Of a DNA stretch of 64,000 bases, positions 52,834 through 64,000 are shown one piece after another (position 1 is the first letter of the stretch; each line of letters opens with the position of its first letter). Source of the stretch: Catajapyx aquilonaris (lineage: Eukaryota); assembly GCA_000934665.2 (NCBI GenBank), contig KZ537994.1:1-64000 (forward strand), given 5' to 3'. The notes under the pieces are model-generated. The model saw nothing but the letters and a program-made list of their open reading frames with translations, was not told the DNA's origin and did not search any database. Made by a program: the position numbers and the translations under genes.

Positions 52834-54151
52834 TCAAGGGTTGGCATGTGGTATTGCTTTCGGATGGGTTTTCCCTCCTTCAAATGCATGATGGGTCTGA
52901 TGAGCTGCAACCAAATGTATTGCCTCGTTAGCATTTACAACCAATGACTTGAAATTAATATTCTTGCTTGAAATACTCGTGCATCAAATTCAACCAGCAA
53001 GAAATACCTTACAGTACATGTTTCATTTAGTTAAATTCATGACAAGGGCAACAACACCGCAGAATTAAGCATAAGGTAAAAAAAAAGGTTCAAGTTGAAA
53101 CAGCCCTCACGTTTGTAAAACTGCACTAAGAAGGTGACTTCCGGGAGAAGAGCCTGGATCTTCTTTAAGACTGTGGATGATTCGTGCAACGTGGAGTCTA
53201 CATTCCAGATCTGGACGAGATCTTCCCTATCCCTGATGGACACTGACACACCACACACATCATCCCCTGGCTCCACACAGTCAGAGAACTGCTCACCAAT
53301 AGAGGCAAGCAACAACTCCTTCCACACCATCGCCTACAATGAAACACAAATCAATTGTGCTACATACAACAATCTTCCTAAGACTACGTACTGCAGCAGC
53401 AATAAATCGAAGAACACAACCCCCCCAAAAAAAGGACGCTCACTGTATCTTTCTTTGAACACTTCATCCTCCAGGTACCGCCTCGTGAATTGTACTCCTC
53501 CTCCCAAAGCGGCAGCCTCTCGTTCCTCATCAGATGGTAAGTGTACCGCATCTGCAACTCAGCCGCTCCCGGTATGTTGTTAAACACACTCCAGAACCCC
53601 TGTACTGTCGACACCGTGTAAATCTTCTTCATCGACGCCTGATACTCCGCCGCAGACACTCCACGGTTCGCTCTGTAAAGCAACGAGATGTGAGAGCTGT
53701 GTGCGAGTATTTATTTAATTTATTATTTAACATACCCCGTTTTATACAATTATTACAAACTATATGCGTTTCAGCTGTTTGCGAGTAACAAGAAACTGAT
53801 GTGTCGTCCGGAAGTGATCAGCGTGATAACAACAGTCATTACGTAACCCACTGTATATTGCTGACCCACTGACCATTGACCTGCTGATGACCCCATTGAT
53901 GACCCCGTATGATCTGCTGATGAGCCCGTATGATCTGATATGACCCTACATTGCTGACCTGACCCTACGTGGAAGAAGGGGGTTAAACGGCTATACTTGT
54001 CAAGCCAGAAGGTCCAGGGTGTGTTGAGCGGCACCCCTTGGTCCTCCTCCCTCTTGAGGCTAAGCAGTGCTTCGGCAGACAGCACCGGTGACTTGGACAT
54101 GTCCTCCATGCTGTACCCAAGGTGCTCCGTCGTCTGGTCCAGAGAGGCCAT
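52834..54151 (-). CDS. EIF4E3: Eukaryotic translation initiation factor 4E type 3
   Basis: Exons 54151-53997, 53672-53444, 53333-53111, 52904-52834. [71 protein letters not shown] are class III eIF4E signatures. Confidence 0.93.
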
Positions 54152-54496
54152 GGTTGTCCTGTTGCTGTAGTTGCTGCTGTTGGTGTCACTCGAAGGACGA
54201 GGAGCAATGCATCAACCATGGACGGGGACGGACGCCAGCGTCGCGATTCGGAAACAACTTATTACCAACAACCAGAAGATGCCCGCCAGATGGTGCAAGT
54301 GTCGCGCCGACTAATTAATAATCACGAAAAAACGAGTCATACGCATACTTGCATCTGGGATTGAAGCACGTGCACAAATCGGACACGGCCAGTCCGCCAT
54401 CACTCACAGAGATAACACACTCATATGTAGTTGCTGGACATTGTTGCGAAGTACTGAGACGCAATTGCAGGTGGGTATTGTTGCATGTGCTGTCAC

Positions 54497-54722
54497 TACT
54501 TTATTACAAGTTGCCATGGTACGCTTCATGTACGCTTAATGTCAAAGAGCGCACACAGATGGTTAGAAAAATCTATCTGAATCACGGCAGATAAGACATC
54601 TTTGACATTAAGCGTACCATGGCAACTTGTAAAGTAATGACATAAAGCGTACCATGGCAACTTGTAATGACATAAAGCGTACCATGGCAACTTGTAATGA
54701 CATAAAGCGTACATGAAGCGTA
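54497..54722. repeat. Hairpin plus 30-bp tandem expansion (AAAGCGTACCATGGCAACTTGTAATGACAT) in the SMIM30 5' intron
   Basis: TTACAAGTTGCCATGGTACGCTT is inverted relative to three downstream AAGCGTACCATGGCAACTTGTAA copies. Confidence 0.75.
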
Positions 54723-54776
54723 ACTATGAGTTCAGTCGTATTGTTTGCCTTCCAGGGATTGTCCGGACTAGTCACG

Positions 54777-54968
54777 ATGGAGCTTCCTGGCCAGTACCTC
54801 TGTTCGTTGGTGGCGCTTTTGATATTTCTACCCGAGTCTGCCCTGGCAGCTGGATTTGACTTTGGAGATGCGCTTGCACTTATCCTGGGCCTGGTCCTCA
54901 GTGTGTTGGGAGTGTGCGCTTGCCTCGGATGTTACGCCAGGCGCAGGGCCACGCTCGATGGACTGTAG
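54777..54968 (+). CDS. SMIM30: Small integral membrane protein 30-like microprotein (63 aa)
   Basis: MELPGQYLCSLVALLIFLPESALAAGFDFGDALALILGLVLSVLGVCACLGCYARRR matches the SMIM30 GDA.AL.LG.VLS..G.CACLG.YAR.R motif. Acceptor TTCCAG just upstream; AATAAA at about 55308. Confidence 0.9.
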   Translation: MELPGQYLCSLVALLIFLPESALAAGFDFGDALALILGLVLSVLGVCACLGCYARRRATLDGL

Positions 54969-55588
54969 TCCGTGGAACAACACGTAGGGGGTCCAAGACA
55001 TGAGATGTGTTTTGACAGGGAATGCTAACTTTAATTAGGCAGATACTGGATAAAGTGTACTTGAAAAGAGCATCATGTATGAAGAGACTGAGAGTTGAAC
55101 CAAATTGCTGTCTGCCCTTCAGTGCTTGTGCCTTTTCCAAATCGACAGCACTTTTTTTTTTTTCTTGTAATTATATGTGTCTAGATGTGAATGATTTACT
55201 TTTGTATTCCTGATTCTACATGCTTCCTTTAAATATGTTTGCAATTAGCTGTCGTTTCCATAACTAACGTCCGCACCATTCATATGAAATGTGTCAACTA
55301 TTCAGGAAATAAAGGTGCTCGGCATGGTTTATGAAGTTTTATTATTACTCCCTTGTAACATCAGTTGGTTAACGCCTTTTTATTTGTATGCAAATTGCAA
55401 CAGAAAATGTATGTGGCCTAGCTGAATACTAAACTTCTTCACAATTAAAAATAATTAATTAATAATCCAGGTAGTGCTTCGACCCCTGGTGTAATCATCA
55501 CCATCACACTTCCCTGTAAGGGGTAGTCAGCGATGACGGGAGCCACAAGCTAACCCAAAATATGAACTAAATTAAAACTCTTGGGGTA

Positions 55589-55864
55589 ATAATAATCGTA
55601 ATAATGGATACCCCGTGATAAGCCTCCTTGGACTTCATAGGGGATCATCTTTCAATTGACTGTTTTTAATCATTGCCTGCGCTGTGATGGATTTCGATTG
55701 CAAGAGGAAACGGGAGAACCCCGAGAAAACCCACGCGAACACGGAGAGAACCCATCGAAACTCTATCCACATAAGTATCCTCCGTCCGACCCGGGGATCG
55801 AACTCGAGACCTTAGAGGTGGAAGGCTGCGGTGCTAACCACTCCTCCACCTTGTCGCCCAACCC
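55589..55864 (-). mobile_element. Full-length tRNA-derived SINE with V-SINE-like core, (TTA)n tail and TSD
   Basis: Minus strand: A box (GGAGTGG), B box AGTTCGATCCC, core TCTCCGTGTTCGCGTGGGTTTTCTCGGGGTTCTCCCGTTTCCTC, TTA-repeat tail. TSD CTCTTGGG(G)TA at 55578-55588 and 55865-55874. Confidence 0.8.
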
Positions 55865-57926
55865 CTCTTGGGGTATTGGAAAGACCTTTATATGTTCTTG
55901 TACATTTGTACATTTTTGGAACCCAGGCCCATGGGTAAGGTACAAGTGCAATGTCGTTGCTTGGCCAGTTCGTGAACTCTCACATACGTTACTGCAGTGC
56001 CACTCCATCTTCATAATTAAATTTAAGTCGTTTTTTTGGGAGAAGACAGTCCAATAAATTTTCTTTCAGCTCGTTAGAAGGAACAGTCCTCCACGTGCTT
56101 TCCTTGCAGTTGACCAAATTCCCTTGGATCATCAGAATATCAGCTATATGCAAGTTCAGAAAAGTATTGACGCAACACCCACATAGGCAGAGGTGTTCTA
56201 CCCCTCACGAAGCATGTTGGACGTAGAGTATGCCATTGCTGCACAGCTCATGTTGACGAACATAGATTGTGAACATATTCAAGGAATTCACGAAGAAAAA
56301 GGCAGTGACACACTCGAATGATTTCCAGAGGCACTTGATTACTGCTGGATACTGCCACCACCTATAATTAGGAATAGACTGAAAGTTGTTGTAGGGGGCA
56401 AATAAGTCACTCATATGTATGTACAGTTTCTTTACTGTATGAAACGAAGTACCATACAAAAAGTAAAATAAACGGATGTTGGGATTGTACACACTTTTGC
56501 TGTGAAATTAAATGGCTCTGCTTGAGGTGGGGATGCCACTAAATGTGTTTTTGTCAAATACATTTACTTTTTAAAATGAGGGCAAAAAAGCAATAACAAC
56601 CAACTACACATCCTTTTGCAGCCGATTCCAAGTCAGCACTCTAAAAATACAATATTATACCTCTCTCTAGAAACCAGACACTTTTTTGCAAAAGACATTA
56701 CAGAGGGTTAATTGGTAGATGGGGGCACAGATTTCACCACACTTGAAGAAACTCTCAGTACTGTTAATCCTCACACGTTGGTACGAAGTCACACATCGTC
56801 ACGTCTACATCGACAAAGTTCACCAGGGCTTTTTAAGGTAGGAAGTGCAGGTAGGTTTGCAATAGGTGATTTTGTGCCCACCTCAAGCAGTGCTACCAGA
56901 AGGGACTTCATTTATTCCCTTTTTATCCTATATACCTGCAGGCCAGGTGATGCAGTCCAATCCAACCCCCCCTTCCACTCCCATCCTCCCACCAAACCTC
57001 AGAGATTCAACTCCAAACTACTAAGGGGACTTTTTACGATGGGAAACAGAAAGGGGAGATGAAACCATACCAAAAATTCCTGGGGATGAAGAGCCCTTTC
57101 TTTTTTTTCCGTGGTCCCACCTACACTGTATCAATGCACCTGTGTCACAAACATGTCAAGTGATTTAAGAGAGCCCGAGGAGATTTAGTCTGCTTCTACA
57201 GTCAAATAAAATGGGGGTTTGGGAAGGCTCCCTAGTCATGCAAAAAAAAACAACTTTCACTCTAGTACATGGTAAGAGGGACGAGGGGGCGGAGAGGATA
57301 ACGATAAAATTCACCTGAGGGCCTACAATACACAAAAATTTTTAAGGCTGGTATTATGTTGAATACATCAAAAAAATAAAAAATAAAAATGGGTGCAAAA
57401 CCACAATTTTTCAGCAAACAGATTGTCAATCCTGATGGGTTTCTTTGTACTTGACTGCCAGCAGGGGGGAAAGAAAAGTAACTACTGAACATGTATTACG
57501 AATTATTTTTTTTCTTCATAGCAGAAATGGGTATGGTACGGTGAATATGATGGGTGGAGGGAAGGTGGAGGGAAGATAAATGTGTACCATGAAGAGGTAA
57601 CTCCCAACGTTAATCAGTTGGCACAAGATGTCACACGCACACACACTTGTAGCCCCCTTTGCACCTAAAAATACTGAGGGGGACGAAAATAATGGGGGGT
57701 GGGTAGGGGTAAACAAAATACGACTGGACAAAAAAAAAAAAGAGGGGGGGGTTGCAATTAACTTAAGAAGTTATTGGAGTCAAAAAACACAAAATAAAGG
57801 AGAGGCACCATTCCCAGATGAGAATGAGCCTCAGATTGGCCAAAGTTGCAGTATTCGAGGGCTTCCCCTCTTCTCCCACATGCTTATCCTCCCTCCTTCC
57901 TTCCCACCTTCTCTTCTTGTCCCTGC

Positions 57927-58559
57927 TCACTGGCTCTCCTCTTCTTCCTCCTCCTCCTCTTCCTCTCGCTCCTCAGACTCACTCTCCTGCTTCTCCTCCT
58001 TCCTTGGGCGCCCACGGCCACGACCAGTGGCAGTAGCAGTGGTGGCCTACATAAAATCCAAATTATTACAATGGCTAGAATAGTAATGCAAATTCTACAT
58101 TACCACCAAAAAGATCTTCATGCACTTTGCCCTACTCTGTGCACTTTAATTAATTTACAAGTGCATGGAAACTAAATTCTCTGATGACATTTCTTACCTT
58201 AGCCTTGCCTCGCCCCTTCTTCTTTGTGGAGCCCTTAGGGCGGCCACGGCCTCGCTTAGCGGGAGGACTGCTCTTCTTCTCATCATCGGCAGCTGCCTTC
58301 TTTTCTGCTGGTGGGCGGCCACGCTTCTCGGCCTTCTTTGGGGAACCGTCAGCCTGTTTGACAAAAGAGACAGCTACAAAATCTGGCAACACATTGTCAT
58401 CATATGTAATGACAATTTCAATTTACTCAGAAAAATTCTCAAAAGTCGTGTAATACAGAACACGTGAATAATCAGATGCATTACCTTGGCAGCATCCACC
58501 TTAGAGGGACGTCCGCGCTTCCTCTTCTCCTCCACTGCGGTGTTTCCGTCATCTGCCAT
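57927..58559 (-). CDS. HMGA: HMGA-like AT-hook protein (116 aa, four GRP hooks, acidic tail)
   Basis: Exons 58559-58485, 58353-58198, 58046-57927, all phase 0. KRGRPSK, KRGRPPA, RGRGRPKG, RGRGRPRK, then ESESEEREEEEEEEEESQ*. Probable non-coding first exon near 61371-61470. Confidence 0.88.
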
Positions 58560-58949
58560 TTCTTACGACTTTCCTTAAACTTGCGGGCACAAAGTCACAG
58601 GTTAAAACTGAAAAGACACAATAAATTTTAAAAGGCTACCAAACCAGACCGATTCCACTCAACACACAACAAAGTGAGGTGAAAGACACTGCCTATCAGC
58701 ACAGATAATGGAATCAGTATGTTATTTTAAGAGCAACATTATCTTATAATGAACTGTAAGCAACTCAGGCTCAAGTATCAGTCAGATCATGCTTCTCTGT
58801 ACCAGTCCATTCCATCAGTGAATCTTTGAATATATTACATAACAACTTGAGAGGATAATACACTGTACTCCAAATTATCCACGCTAATTAATTCACGGGT
58901 GTGCCCAAATCATTGGAAAATGGTCCTAGATACTGTAAAAAGAGCTCTT

Positions 58950-59258
58950 CAGTAGAACCACGATTATCCGACCGTCCCGCTCCAGCAATAAATGTATATT
59001 TTCCTCATAAAATAGTAATGCACTACGCATTTGTTTCGCATCGCCTTAGTTAAATTGTAAATGCAGCGCAGTAACTTACATAATAAAATAATACTTCCAT
59101 ATTTCTTAGAAACCGTAATATTGCACATTTCCTGTTTTTTTTGTGGTGTTCCCTTCAGGTTTCCTTAGTTTTCATTGATCTTCTGATTATCCTACCTATT
59201 TTGGTATATCTGATCATGCCCCTGGTCCCATGGGTGATGGATAACTGGGGTTCCACTG
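58950..59258. mobile_element. Degenerate Tc1/mariner/pogo-type MITE
   Basis: CAGTAGAACCACGATTATCC ... GGATAACTGGGGTTCCACTG followed by TA. Confidence 0.55.
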
Positions 59259-62200
59259 TACTGTACATACTGTATGCCACTTTAAATTAGGCTCAATCAA
59301 AATAAAATTTATATTAGATTTTTAATCTGGTCTTACAGAAAATACCTGTTATATTTGTTTGCAAGACATTCTTTCATGCTGATACTTCTAACCTTTGCTT
59401 TCTGCGATGCACGGATAATCAGCACTATTCACAAGGAGTAAATCACTCTGCAGTTGAGCGTACAACAGACTTGTAAAAAGCTGGACTTGAGCCCAGGCTT
59501 GATGCCTTATACCCAGGGCTGGACTTCGGCCTAGGCAACCTAGGCAGCTGCATGGCGCTTTTCAAAATTATTATTTTTTAAACAGCCTTTGGTGTTGTCA
59601 CACTAATTATATTCTTAGTGTGCTCAACAGAATTCTAAAATAATTGGCTGTTAACTTTTATCACCATTTCCTGAAGTTGAAAAGTAAGAACGTTAATCAC
59701 GTTGCAATGCAAATCGTAAACTTGTAATTATGTCAGTTAATTTTATAATGTATAAAAAAGTACTTTTCGATTTCCTTGAAGGTCAAAGTTATGTTCAATA
59801 AAAATTACGTTTTTTAAAATATTACAAAAAGGGCCCCCCGAAGTACGATGCTGCTTATACCATACAACGGACTTCAGTGATTTACCCCGACTAATCAGGA
59901 GTACAGTGTATAATGGCCAGTTACTTGTGTACATTGCATGCAGTACTCATAAAAGGCTACTGCCCTTCAGGTTTATGTACTGTACTGAAGCTATACGTAG
60001 GCCTACAGTAGCGAGTTATCCCAGATTACAGTGAAGAGGGCAATGCTTCGCCAAAGCAGTGCTTTGTTCTCCCGCCAAACATGGCGCCATCTTATGCCCA
60101 CCCGCTTCGTAAAACATGGCGCGAAAAAAGGCCGTGTGCACTTACCATGCACTACCCGTACGCTCAGTACCTTCCCCTCTCCGTACACACACACACACAC
60201 ACACAGGATCTTTACTACCCCACCGCCCACCAGCCCCTCCAAACCGGCCTACCTGAACTTGATCCCCCAGCCACACTCACCCAGCCAACCGATTGAAACC
60301 ACGCAGGTCTGCAGGAGAGTGAAGTGAGAGAGACCCAAGCCGCGCAACGGTCAACCGCCAAAAAAAAACCCATAAAAAAAAGTGGGAGGTGTAGCCCGCC
60401 CGTTTTCAAAATTTCAAACTACCCCCTCCCCCAGCCCTCCCATTGTAACCCCACTCCCTTTATACAAACCCCCACTGCGCACGCGCCGTTCTCCCCCTCC
60501 CATAAAGCCCAACCGGTTTGTCCCGACGCGATCTGGAAATAGCCGTCCCCCACACACACACACGATGACCATTATCAAAACTGTAGGGGGNACTTTTTTT
60601 AAAAAAAAAATTATGATTACACGGGGAGGACGGCCACCTAAAAATTTTACAAGCGTTTACAACACTTACTTTTTTTTTAATCTAAAAAAAATGGCGTGGG
60701 TTGGGCCATATACAGTACCGTATCTGGCTACATCACGTGATCCAATAATGTCAATGAACTTTACCGTATGCATAATGGACGCTGTTCGAAAAATGGCCAC
60801 ATATTGCGACGTAATTTTTGGTGTCTACATAGTCGGCCGGGGCAATTTCTTAGCAGCTAATAGTTTATACCCGTGGGGCGGTACGTTGAGGGCCGGGGAA
60901 AAAATAATTTCGGCTTGCCCCTAAAACCGCCCGCCCGTTCTGGTGGGTGGGCCAAATGCGCAAATCGGCCATTAATGATTTCGAACAAAGGATTGTACGT
61001 TCTAATTTGGGTTTATCTGGCCCGTATGTGCAACCCTAGGGGCGGCCCCATGGGTCGCCCTTGGACCCCGCCCCATCCGAAGCCGGCCGGCATCCCCCCC
61101 ACCTCCTCGACCGACCCACCCACCCACAAGCCCCACCCGTGATCCGCCATGTCTGCCCGGCAACAAACCAAGCCCGCCTCCATCTCAAAACCCTACATTT
61201 TCCCTAATTTTTTCCCATTCCGTCCTCGCCATCGGGGCCGGAAGAACCCGCACCAAAAAATCAACCTTAAAATCTAGTATTTTCCTGGGACGGTGGGAAT
61301 GGTGAGGGAAATTCCGAGGTCCGGGAATAAAATCGGGAAGGGGTAAAAATTGATGCACCTCTCTTACTCACCCTAGAGGAACCGAGTGCGCCGGCAGGGG
61401 TAGGGCGACGGCAGCGTCCCCTGTTGCCGGGGCGTGCGAGCAGGTGGAGCTGCCGGCGCGGCTCTCACAAACCATTTTTTTCCTGACCCACGCATATATA
61501 AAATTGTACGGACACCCAGGATCAACCCGGATAATTTTTGGAGCCATATAAAAATTCGGGGATGTGTTAAAAAATTTAGTTTGGAAGGACCAAGTGAGAT
61601 ACGGTAGGCGGATACGGTCGTTGTTGTTTACATGTGACAAAGCGTGGAGCCAGTGCGCGTGCGTGATTGGCTGTCATTGGTCGGATTGAGGGCGATGGGG
61701 AATTGCACGTGTAAATTTGGGGGCTGTTGCGTCACGGCATGTGTGGCCGTACTGTATTGGAGAGGTAATTGTACCGTATTTAGCAGTAATTACTGGGTTG
61801 GAGTACAGGGTACGGCAGGGTACAGTCAGAGGTCATTACCGTACATATCTGGATGGAGTGTGTACTCATGAGAAGGTATGCACGAGGAGTACATTCGGGA
61901 GATCGTATGAATATAAGGAAGCCTCCATTATTGTAATTATTTTTCGGGTAATTAAAAAGGCAATTAGCGAGCAGATAATTACTGGGGTGTTACTAATTGA
62001 AAATGTATGCACAAGGAGCAGGCTAACTGCTTATGAATAAGCTAGGAAGCATGAATCTCATTGTAATTATGTAATTAATTTTAAAATTTTTAAAAAGACA
62101 ATTAGGCTGGACATAATTATTGTACATAACTGGGTAGTGTTATTCATGAAATGATGTGAACGTGGGAGGTTTCACAAATAAGGAAAAGCTTCCATTAGAA

Positions 62201-62261
62201 TTAATTGTAATTATTTTTCAGGTGTAAAAGGCAATAAGCATCGACCAGCATATAATTAGCA

Positions 62262-63336
62262 ATGGCTTTGCAGCTGTTTGAGCAGAAGGATGTGGTGAAG
62301 ATATGTGCGCCAATGGTGAGGTATTCCAGGTAAGTCCACATGCAACGACCCAGCAGTTAGCGTACAATATTTTTGACCGTTTGTTCTTCGTAGGCTTCCT
62401 TTTCGTCTACTAGTCCGCAAGTACGGCTGCGACTTGGCATACACACCGATGATTATGGCTGATTCGTTTGTGAAGTCCAAGCAGGCCAGGGATGAGTTCA
62501 CGACCGTCCCGTCTGATCGCCCGCTCGTGGTCCAGTTTGCGGCTAATAATGCGCATGATATTGCTCTTGCGTCTGAACTGGTTGCGGGTCATTGTGATGG
62601 AGTGGGCATCAATTGCGGCTGCCCACAGCGATGGGCCCTACAGGAAGGGGTTGGCTGCTACCTCATGCGGCACCCAGAATTGATTCAAGACATGATCCGC
62701 CAGACACACTCGAGGGTGCCGGTCCAAGACTTTACCATTTCAGTGAAGGTTTGTTCATACTGCATCGTACGTGTGTCAATCCCTGGAGAATTTACTTTAT
62801 TGTTTCTATGCCAGATACGGCTACATTCAGATCTGCGGCAGACTGTTGAGCTGTGCCGACGAGCCGAGTCGGCTGGTGCATCATACCTATCAGTGCATGC
62901 CCGTCGTGTGGACCAACGTCGGGAACCAGCTGATATGTCTGCACTGTCGGTGCTGACCAGCAGTGTGAACATTCCTGTGGTGGCCAATGGGGATGTACGC
63001 AGCTTGTCTCATGCCAGGGAAGTTACTGCTGAGACTGGAGCCAAAGGAGTGATGGTTGCTCGTGCTCTGTTACGAAACCCAGCCTTGTTTGAAGGATGGG
63101 AGTACACTCCTACATGCTGTGTGAAAGACTGGGTCAAAATTTCAGCCCAGACAGGAACCCTCTTCCCCTGCTTTCACCACCACCTCATCTACATGTGTCA
63201 GGACAGTATCTCTCGAGCTGAGAGGAGATACTTTAATGTCCTCTCTAGCACTAGTGCCGTCATGGACTATCTGAACCAACACTATTTTATGGAGGACAAT
63301 GCCAACTCTCTCTCACCAGATGATGTGAACAGCTAG
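62262..63336 (+). CDS. DUS4L: tRNA-dihydrouridine(20a/20b) synthase
   Basis: Exons 62262-62329, 62394-62748, 62815-63336. KICAPMVRYSRLPFRLLVRKYGCDLAYTPMIMADSF, DRPLVVQFAAN, INCGCPQRWA, VVANGD, GVMVAR, FHHHL. Confidence 0.93.
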
Positions 63337-64000
63337 CAGTTGGTGTAAAACCATTCCTGACATGTGTTAAGGCAGTGAAGACTGGTGAAAATTTATTTTT
63401 AATTTACAAACTGTAAATCTTCCTAATGTTACAGGGTCTTTTATGTGACCGTGTTTTTACCAAAAATAAAGATGCGGACAATTCCATATGCAAACTAGGG
63501 ACCCAGTGAATAACACTCAAACTTCCAGGGTTACTCTTTAGCAGAACTTTATTTCTCATTTGAAAATTTTAAAATAGAAGCACAAACAAGCCATGTGCGC
63601 CTGTGAAAACCACAAGACAAGTTTACTGCACTGTACCCAAAAAATCCACGAAATGCCTCTGAAATGCACACGTCATTACAAGTGTGCTAAGGGGACTTGA
63701 TCAGCTACAATTTGCCATCATTACCAAAGCATGTATATAATAGCAATAATAATTATAATAACAAGGGGATGGCTATAATAACAATAATGCATTTTACTCT
63801 CTGGTTGGAGGTGGAATAGAAGGGAAAGCCACATAATAATAAGAGGGGATGGAACTCTTTTTGTCTTCAGGGAGGTGCATGGAATAGGTACAAGGTTTCA
63901 AAAATGAACAAATCAGTTTGGCCTGAAATCAATCCTATTGACCACTCAGGTCCAACGGAGGCAAATTGGTAACACTTATGGCACAAAAGGAATAGAAATA

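Noticed and set aside
53860..53970. CTGATGA motifs suggesting a hammerhead ribozyme or C/D snoRNA
   Set aside because: Part of a short degenerate tandem repeat; no correctly placed GAAA or supporting stems.
60003..61142. Several ORFs up to 180 aa
   Set aside because: Homopolymer-rich intron of the HMGA-like gene, includes an N at 60591; no domain signal.

Overview
Eukaryotic (metazoan invertebrate, probably arthropod) genomic DNA with compact GT-AG introns; no prokaryotic features and no CRISPR. I built exon models by hand for ten protein-coding genes. In order: a triple Myb/SANT-like protein (-), an EFCAB14-like type II membrane protein with two alternative N-terminal cassettes (+), a large nahoda-like cell-surface protein (-), AIFM1 (-), ETFBKMT (+), a pitchfork/LEXM-like PGP-repeat protein (+), ATP5MF (+), eIF4E3 (-), SMIM30 (+), an HMGA-like AT-hook protein (-), plus DUS4L (+), giving eleven loci. 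Four pairs are head-to-head. The most striking signal is the nahoda-like gene. After its signal peptide the mature protein would begin with His and carries LPMO-like histidine-brace motifs, fused via EGF repeats to two DOMON domains that both keep the Met/His haem-b ligands, followed by a SEA-like domain and a TM helix. This is a candidate single-chain, membrane-anchored copper oxygenase with built-in cytochrome electron donors (inference, untested). Also notable are a 2.4 kb foldback element with five tRNA-like Pol III modules, several MITEs, a full-length SINE with TSD and an RTE-like 5' motif.
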